Part shown: piece after piece, positions 27,854-37,924 of the stretch
Numbering within the stretch: position 1 is the stretch's first letter
How the letters are laid out: the number at the start of each line of letters is the position of its first letter
NCBI GenBank assembly: GCA_963737265.1
Contig: CAVTRY010000006.1
Location: forward strand, 64,001-128,000
Origin: an uncultured delta proteobacterium
Lineage (GTDB): Bacteria > Myxococcota_A > Polyangia > Fen-1088
Length of the DNA: 64,000 nucleotides
Direction of reading: 5' to 3'
Translations under genes and position numbers: made by a program
Notes under the pieces: generated by a model
Seen by the model: the letters and a program-made list of their open reading frames with translations, nothing else
Told to the model about the DNA's origin: nothing
Databases searched by the model: none

Positions 27854-29689
27854 TTACTGCAGAGGCGCACAGGTTGAGACGCCCGCGCCGACGATGTAGC
27901 GACCATTCGTGTCGCCGACGGGAATGAGGACGGCCGGATTGTCGCGCGCCGCTTTATAGATCGACGTGTTGACGAAGATCCAGAAATAGCCGCCCCAGAA
28001 TTTCATGGCCCAATCGCCGTTCTCGGTGAGCGTCGGGTAAGTGTAGGTATCGAGGGTCGCTCCGCTGGTGGGATCTATTCGCAGCAGCGAGGCCAGGCCC
28101 GACGCACTGGCCCCCCCGGGGAAGAACCCCCACAAGCTACCGTCTCCCGTCCCGGACAGCTCGGGCGAGCCAGCCTTGATAGGGCCGACCGGTGTGACCA
28201 CCAGGGAAGGAAAAGACACGGTGGCGAGCTCGGACGGCATGGAGGAGGCGGAGACGCCGCCAGCGATGTACAGGGTGTCTAGGCCCGTCGACGGATCGAA
28301 CACGAAGCCCATGCCGAAGACATTCAAGCCATGTTGCCCGGGCAGAAACCCCGTCGCCTGGCACTGTCCGGTGCTGGTGTCCACCTTGAACAGATTGCCA
28401 TCGCTGTAGGCGACCCAGGCCACTGCATTCTGGTCCACGGCCATGGAGAAAGGCGAGTAGCCGGTCGGGCAGGCAAGCTTCTGGATGATGTCGGTGAAGG
28501 TCAAGGTTGTCGGATCGAAGCGCGAAAAAATGCCAAATTGATCCACGGTGTAGATCCACTGACTCGCTTCAACGCAGACCGTGTTGACGTTGGCCGACAG
28601 CGGGACCGACGCTTGCGGCGCCTTCGGGTCGCCGGTTTGCAAGACCAAGGTCCCGTTCTTTTGGTGCGGCGGCGTGCTGTCGGACGCGACGAACTGGACG
28701 GCGACAGTTTGGCTGAACCCGGGCGCGACGGTGAAGGCGACGGCCTGCCCGGCGCCAAGCGTGAAGCCAGGATCGCTGCCGGGATCGATCCCGACGCCCG
28801 AGACCTGGCAGGCATCGGTGCCGGTGTTGGCGAGCGTGACGCTGGCGCTGGCGGTGTTGTTCAGGATGACGTTGCCGAAGCTCACGCTGGCCGGCGAAAT
28901 CGTTAGGATGCAGCCGGTGTCGACGTCGGCCGACAGCGGGATGGCGACGGACGCCTGCTTCGTGTCCGTGGTGGCGAAGACAAGCTGGCCGGTGCGATGG
29001 TGGGGCGCCGCTGAAGCTATGGCGTCGAAGGCAATTGGAATCACTTCCACGGCAAGCGGAGCCAGCGTGAATTTATTCGCCTGCCCCGCGCCGATCGAGA
29101 ATTCCGAATCGCTGCCCGGTGCGAGGGCGAGGCCCGCAACCTCGCACGAGCCGCTGCCGACGTTGGTAACTACGACCGAGCCGGTGGCGGTATCACCCAG
29201 CTGGACTTGCCCGAAGTCGTAGGAGGACGGGTAGATCGAAAGCGTGCAGCTTGTCTGGATGGTCGCGCTGAGCGGAACTTGGACGGTGCCTTGGTTCGGA
29301 TCGTCAGTCTGGAAAATCAGGGCTCCCGTGCGCTGGAGCGGCACCGACGCGCTGGCCGGGCTGAACGTCACGGTCAGCGTAGCGGAGTCGCCCGAAGGAA
29401 TGACTAAGGTCGGCGTCTGCGCGGCGGCAGCGAAGCCGGGGTCGGAATTGGGTCCAAGAACCACGCCGGAGATGTGGCAATCCCCGCCGCCGTGGTTGGC
29501 CACGCTAACACTCCTCGTCGCCGAGCTGCCCGGAGCAACTGCGCCGAAGTCGAGCGCCGAGGGTGCCACCTCGATCAAACACATTGGGGGCAGCAGCGGC
29601 GTCCGGTAGCATGCGAACAAGAAAAGTGGTGCGCACAGGATCCACGGAAACGGAATCTTGTGCGTCACGGTCGCGTTCGCGCATTTCAT
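27854..29689 (-). CDS. Lipoprotein with three Ig-like (choice-of-anchor D/ASH-type) repeats and a C-terminal beta-propeller-like domain
   Basis: Lipobox LFAC; three PxxxxFG...VxNxG.xxC repeats; C-terminal IVGAGVSTCAP. Confidence 0.8.
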   Translation of the reverse strand: MKCANATVTHKIPFPWILCAPLFLFACYRTPLLPPMCLIEVAPSALDFGAVAPGSSATRSVSVANHGGGDCHISGVVLGPNSDPGFAAAAQTPTLVIPSGDSATLTVTFSPASASVPLQRTGALIFQTDDPNQGTVQVPLSATIQTSCTLSIYPSSYDFGQVQLGDTATGSVVVTNVGSGSCEVAGLALAPGSDSEFSIGAGQANKFTLAPLAVEVIPIAFDAIASAAPHHRTGQLVFATTDTKQASVAIPLSADVDTGCILTISPASVSFGNVILNNTASASVTLANTGTDACQVSGVGIDPGSDPGFTLGAGQAVAFTVAPGFSQTVAVQFVASDSTPPHQKNGTLVLQTGDPKAPQASVPLSANVNTVCVEASQWIYTVDQFGIFSRFDPTTLTFTDIIQKLACPTGYSPFSMAVDQNAVAWVAYSDGNLFKVDTSTGQCQATGFLPGQHGLNVFGMGFVFDPSTGLDTLYIAGGVSASSMPSELATVSFPSLVVTPVGPIKAGSPELSGTGDGSLWGFFPGGASASGLASLLRIDPTSGATLDTYTYPTLTENGDWAMKFWGGYFWIFVNTSIYKAARDNPAVLIPVGDTNGRYIVGAGVSTCAPLQ

Positions 29690-29890
29690 GATCCTGGACT
29701 CCTGTTATGACCCGGCGGAGGATGCCTCCGACGAGGCGGACAAGCCCGAACGGTCGTCAGCATACCGCAGGCGCACTGGGAAATCGATGGCGGCGCAGCG
29801 CCAGTCGGCGGACGGACAGGAAATGTTACTATCCAAAACATGGCAACACGGATCAATGTCACCGCAACCTGCATCCTCGCGATCTAGACG

Positions 29891-30355
29891 ATGCCGCTGC
29901 CGACCGTACCCTCCATTCCGCCGCATCCTGAAGCCTCGCAGGCCAAGCTCGACGCCCTTCGCGACAGGCTGCACCGTCGCTGTGTTATCACCGGGCCCGA
30001 CAATCCGGTGGGGCTCAAGCTCAAGTTCAAGGTGCTGGAAGACGGCTCGGTGCGGGCCATGTTTCCCTGCGGTCCTCATCTCGAAAGCTATCCCAACACC
30101 GTGCATGGCGGAATCATCGCGGCGGTGCTCGACTCGGCCATGGTGAACGCACTGTTCGCCGTCGGCATTGTCGCCGTCACCGCCAGCCTCGATTTGCGCT
30201 ACAAGGCCCCCACCGTGCCCGACCGCTTCGCCACCGTCCACGCCTGGATCGAAAATGACGACGCCCGTCCGCTGTACCGAATGCGTGCCGAACTTTCCCA
30301 GGACGGAACCCCGCGTGTGCAGGCCAGCGCGAATTTTCTCGTGAACGAAAGCTAG
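29891..30355 (+). CDS. PaaI-family hotdog thioesterase
   Basis: CVITGPDNPVGL and HGGIIAAVLDSAM. Confidence 0.88.
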   Translation: MPLPTVPSIPPHPEASQAKLDALRDRLHRRCVITGPDNPVGLKLKFKVLEDGSVRAMFPCGPHLESYPNTVHGGIIAAVLDSAMVNALFAVGIVAVTASLDLRYKAPTVPDRFATVHAWIENDDARPLYRMRAELSQDGTPRVQASANFLVNES

Positions 30356-30384
30356 CTAGCTCCTTCCACCCAGCCCGAGCTTCC

Positions 30385-31263
30385 GTGGCAAACTGGCGTC
30401 CGATGCCCGCTGCACAGCCGTTCTTGAAGCTCCTCGGCCGCTTTGCCACGATGGAGATCCGACGCTTCGGCAGCCCGGGCGCGTTTCTTGTCGAGAAGGA
30501 GGCCGGCGCCGAGGCCACCACGCTGCTGCTCCTCGGCGCGGAGATCCCCGCAGGCGCGATCGAGGGCGACGAGATTTCCGTCTTCGTCATGCTCGATTCC
30601 GAGGGTCGCCCGCTGGCCACGACCAGGATCCCCAAGCTAGAGTTGGGCGAGGTCGCCTTTCTGACGGTCACCGCATGCACGGAGTTCGGTGCGTTCGTGG
30701 ACTGGGGCCTGCCCAAGGAATTGCTAGTGCCGTTCGCGGAGCAGACCACGAAGCTGCGCGTGGCTGAACGGCAGCCGATTGGTCTTTACATCGACAACAG
30801 CGGCCGCCTGGCTGGCACCATGCGGGTGAGCGAGCTTCTCAGCACGACGAGCGGCACCTTCGTGCGCGGTGAACGGGTCGAGGGCGAGGCTTGGCGCGAC
30901 GACCCTGAGATTGGCCTATTCGTAATTGTTGAGCGGCGCTTTGTCGGGCTCGTTCCCAAGCACGAGCCGCACGCCCTGGCGCGCGGCGAGGCGGCGCGGT
31001 TTCGCGTGGCACACGTGCACCCGGACGGCAAGATCGAGCTCTCGCTGCGCGGGCACGCGCATGAAGAGCTGGAACGCGACGCACAAAAGATCCTGCTCCT
31101 GCTCAAGCGCCCGGGCGCGCCCAAGCTCGGCGATCGTTCGGATCCCGAGCAGATCCGCGCGCTCTTTGGCCTGAGCAAAAAGGCGTTCAAGCGCGCAGTG
31201 GGAAGACTGCTCAAGGAGCGGATGGTGGACATCGACGACCAAGGCTACGTGCGCGTCTTGTAA
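30385..31263 (+). CDS. CvfB/YitL-like S1 RNA-binding protein
   Basis: DSEGRPLATT, GAFVDWGLPKELLVPF and FGLSKKAFKRAVGRL. Confidence 0.9.
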   Translation: MANWRPMPAAQPFLKLLGRFATMEIRRFGSPGAFLVEKEAGAEATTLLLLGAEIPAGAIEGDEISVFVMLDSEGRPLATTRIPKLELGEVAFLTVTACTEFGAFVDWGLPKELLVPFAEQTTKLRVAERQPIGLYIDNSGRLAGTMRVSELLSTTSGTFVRGERVEGEAWRDDPEIGLFVIVERRFVGLVPKHEPHALARGEAARFRVAHVHPDGKIELSLRGHAHEELERDAQKILLLLKRPGAPKLGDRSDPEQIRALFGLSKKAFKRAVGRLLKERMVDIDDQGYVRVL

Positions 31264-31450
31264 GACCGCAATCATGCACACAGGGGATCGACGTTGGAAT
31301 CGCCGCGCCCACTGACATCGCCACGGTGCTAACAGTGAACACGGCCAACTGCACGCAATAGCCATCCCACGCGGACGCCGTCGATCGTCCGCGAAAACCC
31401 CGCGGGCAATCGCCGCCAGCCTCCTTGGCGGCGGATTGCCCGCGCTTGCC

Positions 31451-32077
31451 TTAGCCGCCAGTGCGGGTGGCGGCCAGCATGAGGACTTGCATGGCCAGGG
31501 CTTTGTCGCCGTCGACGCGCAGGCGACCGGCCAGCAGGGCCTGCAACGGGTTCACGGCGCGCGCGGCGAGCTTTTCGCACGTTCCAGCGTCGACGATGAC
31601 CGTGGTGCGCGGCCGGCCGGCCATCATGCCGGAACGGCCGAAGGCGATGTCCACGCACCAGCGCCGCCGGCGCTTGCCTTCGAGCTCGAACTTGATGCGG
31701 CCTTCGAGTCTTTGCAGCAGCTCCATTTCCTGCGCTTCCGCGCACAGCAGATCGACCATGTCGACCGAGGCGGGCAACAGTTCGAACAAGTCGTCACTGG
31801 GGAAAATCACGGCGAGGAAGTCGGCGGCGGGCTGGCGGACCCAGATGTCGGGATCCTCGCGCCGGACGCCGATGGTCGCTTGGCATCGATTCACAAACAA
31901 GGCGCCATCGGAGACCCGCAAGTCCCATTCGCCGCCCTCCGGCCCCGAAAGGGAAAGGCGCACATAGGGCGAGGAGCCTTGGCAGGTCTTGACCGCGTCC
32001 GAAAAAACTCCCGGCAGCCACGATTCGATGATGGCAACCGCTCCCGAGCCCGCGGGAGGCCGACTTGCTCTCGGCAC
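31451..32077 (-). CDS. Tandem SCP2 sterol-binding domain protein
   Basis: LSGPEGGEW and VNPLQALLAGRLRVDGD. Confidence 0.75.
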   Translation of the reverse strand: MPRASRPPAGSGAVAIIESWLPGVFSDAVKTCQGSSPYVRLSLSGPEGGEWDLRVSDGALFVNRCQATIGVRREDPDIWVRQPAADFLAVIFPSDDLFELLPASVDMVDLLCAEAQEMELLQRLEGRIKFELEGKRRRRWCVDIAFGRSGMMAGRPRTTVIVDAGTCEKLAARAVNPLQALLAGRLRVDGDKALAMQVLMLAATRTGG

Positions 32078-32079
32078 GG

Positions 32080-34192
32080 CTACTTCCTTGCTTTGGCAGG
32101 GCGCTGGTTCTTTTTGCGAGGCTCATGGCGGCGCTCCTGGCGACCGGGCTTCGACCGATCCTTGCCACGCGCGGGCTTCGCCTGCTTGTCGCGCTCGGGG
32201 CCCGCCTTGGGATCGTGCAGGCGCAATTCGATACGCCGGCGGGCGACGCTGACCTGCAAGACCTCGACTTTTACGCGATCGCCGAGCGAAAAGGTGCGGC
32301 CGCTGCGCCGGCCGACCAGACGGCAGGCGGTGTCGTCGTAATCGTAGAAATCGTCCGGCGAAAGATAGTCGGTACGCACCAGACCTTCGACGAATGGCTC
32401 GTCGGCCACGACGAAGACGCCGAAGGCGGTGACGCCGGAAATGGCGCCGTCCAGAATGTCGCCCACGCGATCGCGCATGAAGAAGGCGCGGTAGAGATCC
32501 ACGACCTCGCGTTCGACCTCCATGGCCTTGCGCTCGCAGAACGAGGCGCTGGTGGCCGCTTGCTGGATGACCTCGCTGGTCGGCATGGGCGCATTCGCCA
32601 TGGGAGTAAAGCCACCCGCGGGCTTGCCTAGACTTGCCAGGCGGCGTTTGAGCAGGCGATGCACGATCACGTCCGGGTAGCGGCGGATGGGCGAGGTGAA
32701 GTGCAGGTAGGCCGGCGACGCCAGGCCAAAGTGGCCCACGTTGACGACATCGTAGGTCGCCTGTTTGAGTGTGCGCAGGAGCAGAAACGACAGTGGCTTT
32801 TCCGCCGGATGCCCGCGCAGGCGTTTCAGGACGGCGGCCAAGCCGAGAGGGGTGGCCGCCTCGGTCGAAATCGATCTTGATGCCGTAGCGCTCGGCCAGG
32901 GCCGCGAACGTCGCGAGCTTTTCCTCGTCGGGCACGTCGTGGATGCGCCAGGCGGTGTCTTCCTTGCGATCGCGAAAGCTTTCAGCCACCGCCTCGTTGG
33001 CTGCCAGCATGAATTCCTCGATCATGGCGTAGGCGTGGCGTTCACCGGGGTCGCGCCGCGCGCGCCGCACGTCGCGCACCAAGCGAGGGTCGTCGTTGTC
33101 GAGCTCGACCACGGCCTGCGGCAGATCCAAGTCCATGGCGCCGCGTTCTTGCCGGCGCAGGCGCAGCTTGCGGGCGAGCGCATCCATCGCGCGCAGCGTG
33201 GGCAGGAAGGACTCGTAGTGCTTGCGCTTGCCGCGCACGTCGCCGGCCAGGGCAGCGGCAACGCCGGGATAGTCGAGGCGACCGTGCGAGTGAATGACTG
33301 CGGCACAGAAGTCCGTCTCGACGATAGCCAGGTTGCGGTCGTAGTCGATGCGCGCCACCATCGCCAGGCGATCTTCGCCCGGCAGCAGCGAACACAGATT
33401 CCCGGACAAAACCTCGGGCAGCATGGGAATCGCGCGATTGGGCAGATACACGCTCACGCCGCGCGCCTGGGCTTCGTGGTCGAGGGCGGTGCCTTCGCGC
33501 AGGTAGTGCGAGACGTCGGCGACCGCGACCCACAGCCGGTGCCCGCCGCGCGGCAGGGTCTCCAAGGCCACCGCGTCGTCGAAGTCGCGCGCGGTTTCGG
33601 GATCGATGGTCGTGAAGGCAATCGTGCGCAGATCCGTTCGGTCGCGAAAGTCCGCGGGCTCGACCGCACCTGGCGCGAGCTCCGCCTCGCGCACGACGGC
33701 GGCGGGAAATTCCTCGCTGATGTCGGCACACGCCAGGGTCTTCTCGACCTCGGTGCGCGGGTCATCGGGATTGCCCAGGACCTTGAGCAGGGAAACCTCG
33801 ATGGGCGCATCGGGCGTGTCGGGATAGCCGACAATCTCGGCCACCACGGACTGGCCGGGACGCGCGCTGATACCGCCGCGCACGACCACCGGCGAGCTGA
33901 TGCGTGGGTCGTCGGGCTCGAAGCGAAGCTTGTTGCCATGTCCTTCAAGCTGGCCCGTTATTTTCCCGCGTCCGCGCTCGAGAACCTTGTCGACCCGGCC
34001 CTCCAAGCCGCGGCCGCCCACCCACCACTCGACTTCGACGCGATCGCTGTCCATGGCCGAGCCGCGGTTACGCGCGCTGATGTGGATGTCTTCGGAATGA
34101 TCGTCCGGAACCACGAAGCCGTAGCCGTCGGGGTGGACCTTGATCCGGCCCGCCACGATGCGCGGCGAGCGACGGTCAAAAGATGTGTTCAT
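32080..34192 (-). CDS. rnr: Ribonuclease R, with an apparent frameshift near 32863
   Basis: HPDGYGFV, TIDPETARDFDDAV and IEEFMLAANE in the first frame; HFTSPIRRYPD and the S1 domain in the second. The frames join at GAC[C]GAG. Confidence 0.92.
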
Positions 34193-34264
34193 GGTTGCCG
34201 AGCAGCATACACGGGAACCAGGGTGTCGGCCTGGGGGCGGGAGAATCGTTTGGATTCGCGCCGC

Positions 34265-34801
34265 TCACTTCTGCGCCGGGGGGGCCTCGTCCGGGTCCGC
34301 CGTGGCCAACTCGAAGATGGTACGCAACTCGGGTGTTTCCAGCGCGGGCGTCAACTGAATGTCTGGCCGAATCTGCTTGGCTTGGGTGAATCCTTGCAAA
34401 GCCATCGATTGATTGTGAAAGCCAGTCCAGTACACCGCGCCCAGATGCAAATAGGTGCGCGCAGTGAGCTTGTCTTCGCGCAGTCCCGCCTCCCGGGCTT
34501 TCTTCAAAGCCGCAGCCAAGAGCTCCAACGCTGCGTCGAAATCCGCCGCCGCGTACTTCTCCAGCGCTTTCCTGTTAAGATCGATGATCTTCTCCCGCAC
34601 ATCCTTGCCCTTCTTGCCTGCCGCCCGCGCCGGGCTGGAAGACATCGCGCCCACGCCCACGCACAGCACGAGCGCGAGGGCGCGAAGCGAATGGAGCCCA
34701 GCCAGCGATGACGTCACCGTTCCGCGGACGCTTCCGGCATTCCCACTGGCTGAATTAAACGGTGGGTCACTAGGCGCTGCTAAACTGCTCGCAAAACGCA
34801 T
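34265..34801 (-). CDS. Hypothetical exported helical/TPR-like protein; start uncertain
   Basis: Signal-like segment, then LNRKALEKY...ARTYLHLGAVY...LETPEL. Confidence 0.65.
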   Translation of the reverse strand: MRFASSLAAPSDPPFNSASGNAGSVRGTVTSSLAGLHSLRALALVLCVGVGAMSSSPARAAGKKGKDVREKIIDLNRKALEKYAAADFDAALELLAAALKKAREAGLREDKLTARTYLHLGAVYWTGFHNQSMALQGFTQAKQIRPDIQLTPALETPELRTIFELATADPDEAPPAQK

Positions 34802-34885
34802 GAAATTCACCCCGTCTGAGCGGTGGGTTGTCTGTCGGCTGCCGACTCTCCATCCTACACGTTTCAATGCTTCTAGGGAAACCGC

Positions 34886-35140
34886 TCATGCGCTCGCCGC
34901 ACGCTCGTCCTCGCGACGCAATTGCCACCAGTCCAGCTCCCATTCTGCTGCCCTGTGGACATCGAAAGGCTCGCGGCTGCGTTGCTGGATGATCCCGCAG
35001 TAGCGCACAAGCCACGGGCTAGCCGCCGCGGCTTGTGCGTGGCTTTGGCTCGGCTGAAAGACCTTGGCCGCCTTGGCCGCGTAGTAGGCGACGCGCAGGC
35101 TGTCCCATGGCGAGAAACCAAGACGTTCTCGATCCCGACT
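34886..35140 (-). pseudogene. Internal fragment of an uncharacterised conserved protein, a candidate continuation of 22012..22158
   Basis: Startless open frame SRDRERLGFSPWDSLRVAYYAAKAAKVFQPSQSHAQAAAASPWLVRYCGIIQQRSREPFDVHRAAEWELDWWQLRRE. Confidence 0.6.
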
Positions 35141-35143
35141 AGC

Positions 35144-36511
35144 CTAGGGCGTGCGCAGGGCGTACAGCTTGGCGTCGTCGGAACCCACGAAGATCGTGCC
35201 GTCGGCGGCCAAGATGGGCGAGCTGTCCACGTCGCCGCCGAGCTCGACCGACCAGCGCAGTTTTCCATCGGACTCGACGGCGTACAGACGATCGTCCTGC
35301 GAGCCGACCAGAATGGCGCCACTGGCATCGACCAGCGCCGAAGAAAGGATGCGGTCGCCGGTGCGGAAGGACCACAGCAAGGTGCCGTCGCGGCGGATGG
35401 CGTAGAGCAGACCATCGAAGGATCCGATGTAGACGGTTCCGTCATGACCGATGGCGGGCGAGGCGCGCACGTCGTCGCCCGTGGTGAAGGCCCACAGGAG
35501 TTGCCCCTGCGGACTTAGGGCATAGAGGCGATTGTCGTCGGATCCGATGTAGATGGTTCCGTCCTCTTCGATGGCGGGGCTCGAATCGACGTCATCGCGG
35601 GCGCGGAATTCCCAGCGTTTGCGACCATCCGAATTGATGGCATAGATGGCGTTGTCTTGGCTGCCGGCGATGACGGTGCCGTCGCCGGCCAGGGCGGGCG
35701 CACTAGTAACATGGCCGCCCGTGGCGAAACGCCAGCGCAGCGTGCCGTCGGGGTTGACGGCGTAGATGCCGTCGCCGCCAGTGTAGATGGCACCGTCCGG
35801 ACCGATAGTGGGTCCGGCGTCGACGTCGCAGCGGGTGGCTTCCGGTCCGATGCCCACCGTCTGCCGGCAATTGCCGACCCGGTACTTCCAGCGCAGCGTG
35901 CCGGTCTGGCCGTCGAGCGCGTAGAGATTGTCGTCATCCGACCCGATGTAGACGGTACCGTCAGCGGCGATGGCGGGCGAGCTCCACACGAGATCCGTCG
36001 TCGCGAACGACCATGCCGACTTGCCGGCCTTGTCAGCCGCGTACAGCGTGCCGCTGTGACTTGCGACCATGACCAGCCCGTTAGCCGACAGCACCGGCGA
36101 GGATGTCACAGGTGCGCGGGTATCGACCGTCCACGCGATCTCGGGTTTCTTTTGCGGCAGGAGGAAGGGCGAGCGGCCACGATGCTGAGGCTCGAAGCGA
36201 AACATGCCCTGCGCCGGCGGTCCGGCCGGCACCAATGGCTGCGCGGATCCGGGCGACGAAATTGGGTGCGCGACAGGAGCTTTCTCTGCAGGCCGTTCGG
36301 GCCATACGCAATGACCGGCTTCGCATACGCGGTCGAGCTTGCAGTCCTTGTCGGATCCGCACCCGTCGGACGCCGGCGTGTGATGAGCCATGCAGGAAGG
36401 CAGAACAACGCCCAGCCAGAGTGGGATTGCCGAGCGTCGTCCTAGCGTGTAGCGCGCCAAGCGCTCCAAGGTCGGAGGTAGCTGAGAAAACTGCCCTCGG
36501 CGGTTCGGCAC
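35144..36511 (-). CDS. PQQ-like beta-propeller repeat protein
   Basis: Repeated SSPAIxxDGTxYIGSxDxxLYA...W units; N-terminal Cys-rich motif CGSDKDC. Confidence 0.9.
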   Translation of the reverse strand: MPNRRGQFSQLPPTLERLARYTLGRRSAIPLWLGVVLPSCMAHHTPASDGCGSDKDCKLDRVCEAGHCVWPERPAEKAPVAHPISSPGSAQPLVPAGPPAQGMFRFEPQHRGRSPFLLPQKKPEIAWTVDTRAPVTSSPVLSANGLVMVASHSGTLYAADKAGKSAWSFATTDLVWSSPAIAADGTVYIGSDDDNLYALDGQTGTLRWKYRVGNCRQTVGIGPEATRCDVDAGPTIGPDGAIYTGGDGIYAVNPDGTLRWRFATGGHVTSAPALAGDGTVIAGSQDNAIYAINSDGRKRWEFRARDDVDSSPAIEEDGTIYIGSDDNRLYALSPQGQLLWAFTTGDDVRASPAIGHDGTVYIGSFDGLLYAIRRDGTLLWSFRTGDRILSSALVDASGAILVGSQDDRLYAVESDGKLRWSVELGGDVDSSPILAADGTIFVGSDDAKLYALRTP

Positions 36512-36520
36512 CGGTCGAGA

Positions 36521-37408
36521 CTAGAACAGATTGAGAACGAAGTTTACGCCTATCGTGCCGTCGTTCTTGCTGTTGGTGAAGTCGGTGTTTTGGTAGTGGC
36601 CAAGGGTGGCCGCGGCCTCCAGGCCAACCGACGAATGATACGATTGCAGGAATTCGAACCCCAGGGCCGCGGTCCAACCCAGCCCTGAATCGGAGTATCC
36701 GTTGCCGTAGTAGGTGGAATCGTAATAGTTCGAGTTGTTGTCCACCGACTTGGTGGCCACGCCGATCCCAGCCCGTGCATAGAGGTGGCGCGTGATGAAG
36801 ACCTGGGGGCCAATGCTCCACACGCTTTGGTCGATGTTGTAGCCATCAAAATAGGAAAAGGCACCGTCGCCGGAAAGGACGAGCGACCAGCGCGGGGAAA
36901 CTCCGAAGCCGAAATGGAGGTTGTAGGCCACGCCGGTTCGGGTGGACGTGCTGCCGGAAACGGGGAAAACGCCGACCCCGCCGATGCCCAGGCCGAAACC
37001 GACAAAGAACGGACGGAAGGTCGTAGGCTCCGGGTAGTAGCCAACTGGCGCGGGCGAATAGTAATGCGGCCGATAGTACCGGGGCGGCGGAGGCGGCGGA
37101 TATCCTGGAGGTCCATAGTAATCAGGGGCGTAGTACGGGCCATAACCCGGTGCTTGTTCATAACCGGGGTGGGGCGGCGGGACAGGGTAGCGATAGCCGG
37201 GCGGTGGAGCGTATTCGGGCGGCAAGTCTTGCGGCGGCGCTTGCTTTGCCTCGGACTCGGCCGCCGGCTCGGACGGGGCTTTTGCGGCGTCCGGGGGCGG
37301 AGCCGGCTGTTGCGCCAGCGCGGCACTGTGAAAAACCAACACAGATGCTCCAGCGACGGAAAAGGCGAAAAATGCCGGAAGCATGCCAGTTATCGCGGGT
37401 GACCTCAT
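36521..37408 (-). CDS. Putative outer-membrane beta-barrel protein with a Pro/Tyr-rich N-terminus
   Basis: Signal peptide, PPPGY repeats, amphipathic strands and a terminal Phe; aggag RBS. Confidence 0.7.
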   Translation of the reverse strand: MRSPAITGMLPAFFAFSVAGASVLVFHSAALAQQPAPPPDAAKAPSEPAAESEAKQAPPQDLPPEYAPPPGYRYPVPPPHPGYEQAPGYGPYYAPDYYGPPGYPPPPPPRYYRPHYYSPAPVGYYPEPTTFRPFFVGFGLGIGGVGVFPVSGSTSTRTGVAYNLHFGFGVSPRWSLVLSGDGAFSYFDGYNIDQSVWSIGPQVFITRHLYARAGIGVATKSVDNNSNYYDSTYYGNGYSDSGLGWTAALGFEFLQSYHSSVGLEAAATLGHYQNTDFTNSKNDGTIGVNFVLNLF

Positions 37409-37524
37409 GGTAACTCCTTGCAGTTGGTGAAAAGCATACTCCGACTTTTCAAGAACGGTGCCAGCTTTGGTTCCGGCCTTGAGCCGGCCATGCCGTGAAC
37501 CAAAGCGCATCTTCAGCCCGAGCC

Positions 37525-37866
37525 CTACGGCCTGGTCGCCCGGCCCTTCGAGCGTTCGACCGGGTAGCGCTGACGGTTCCGCGCCAGTTTTTCGCGCATC
37601 GCCGTCTGCAAATCGATCCCGGTGCGGTCGCACAGCAAGAAGAGAGCGATGCCGACATCGCCAATTTCGTTGGCGATGCGCTGGCGGGCGTCGGGATCGC
37701 GCGAAAATTCATCGGCTTTGTCGCTTGGCACCCAGCGGTACTCCGCCAGAAGCTCGCCGGCTTCCGACGCCAGCAGCATGGCCAGATTCTTGGGATCGTG
37801 GAACTGGCTCCAGTCGCGTTCGGCGACGAAATGGCGCAGCTCCTCGACCAACGATGGCGTTTCCAT
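37525..37866 (-). CDS. MazG-like nucleotide pyrophosphohydrolase (dCTPase type)
   Basis: ERDWSQFHDPKNL, EAGEL, EIGDV and RYP. Confidence 0.9.
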   Translation of the reverse strand: METPSLVEELRHFVAERDWSQFHDPKNLAMLLASEAGELLAEYRWVPSDKADEFSRDPDARQRIANEIGDVGIALFLLCDRTGIDLQTAMREKLARNRQRYPVERSKGRATRP

Positions 37867-37924
37867 GGCACCGTCTATACCAGGACGCTGGTCAATCGGT
37901 AGCCGAGATGGCAAGTCTTCGCCC

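Noticed and set aside
28560-29580. Three roughly 330-bp internal repeats
   Set aside because: They are explained by tandem Ig-like domains in the lipoprotein.
35000-35040. GTAG followed by the palindrome cgcacaagcc...ggcttgtgcg, resembling a REP element
   Set aside because: It is a single copy and lies inside the coding remnant at 34886-35140, so it is probably coincidental.
34886-35146. Stop-codon readthrough from the PQQ-repeat gene into the in-frame remnant behind its TAG
   Set aside because: The beta-propeller ends naturally and the downstream fragment is truncated; being in frame has a one-in-three chance.
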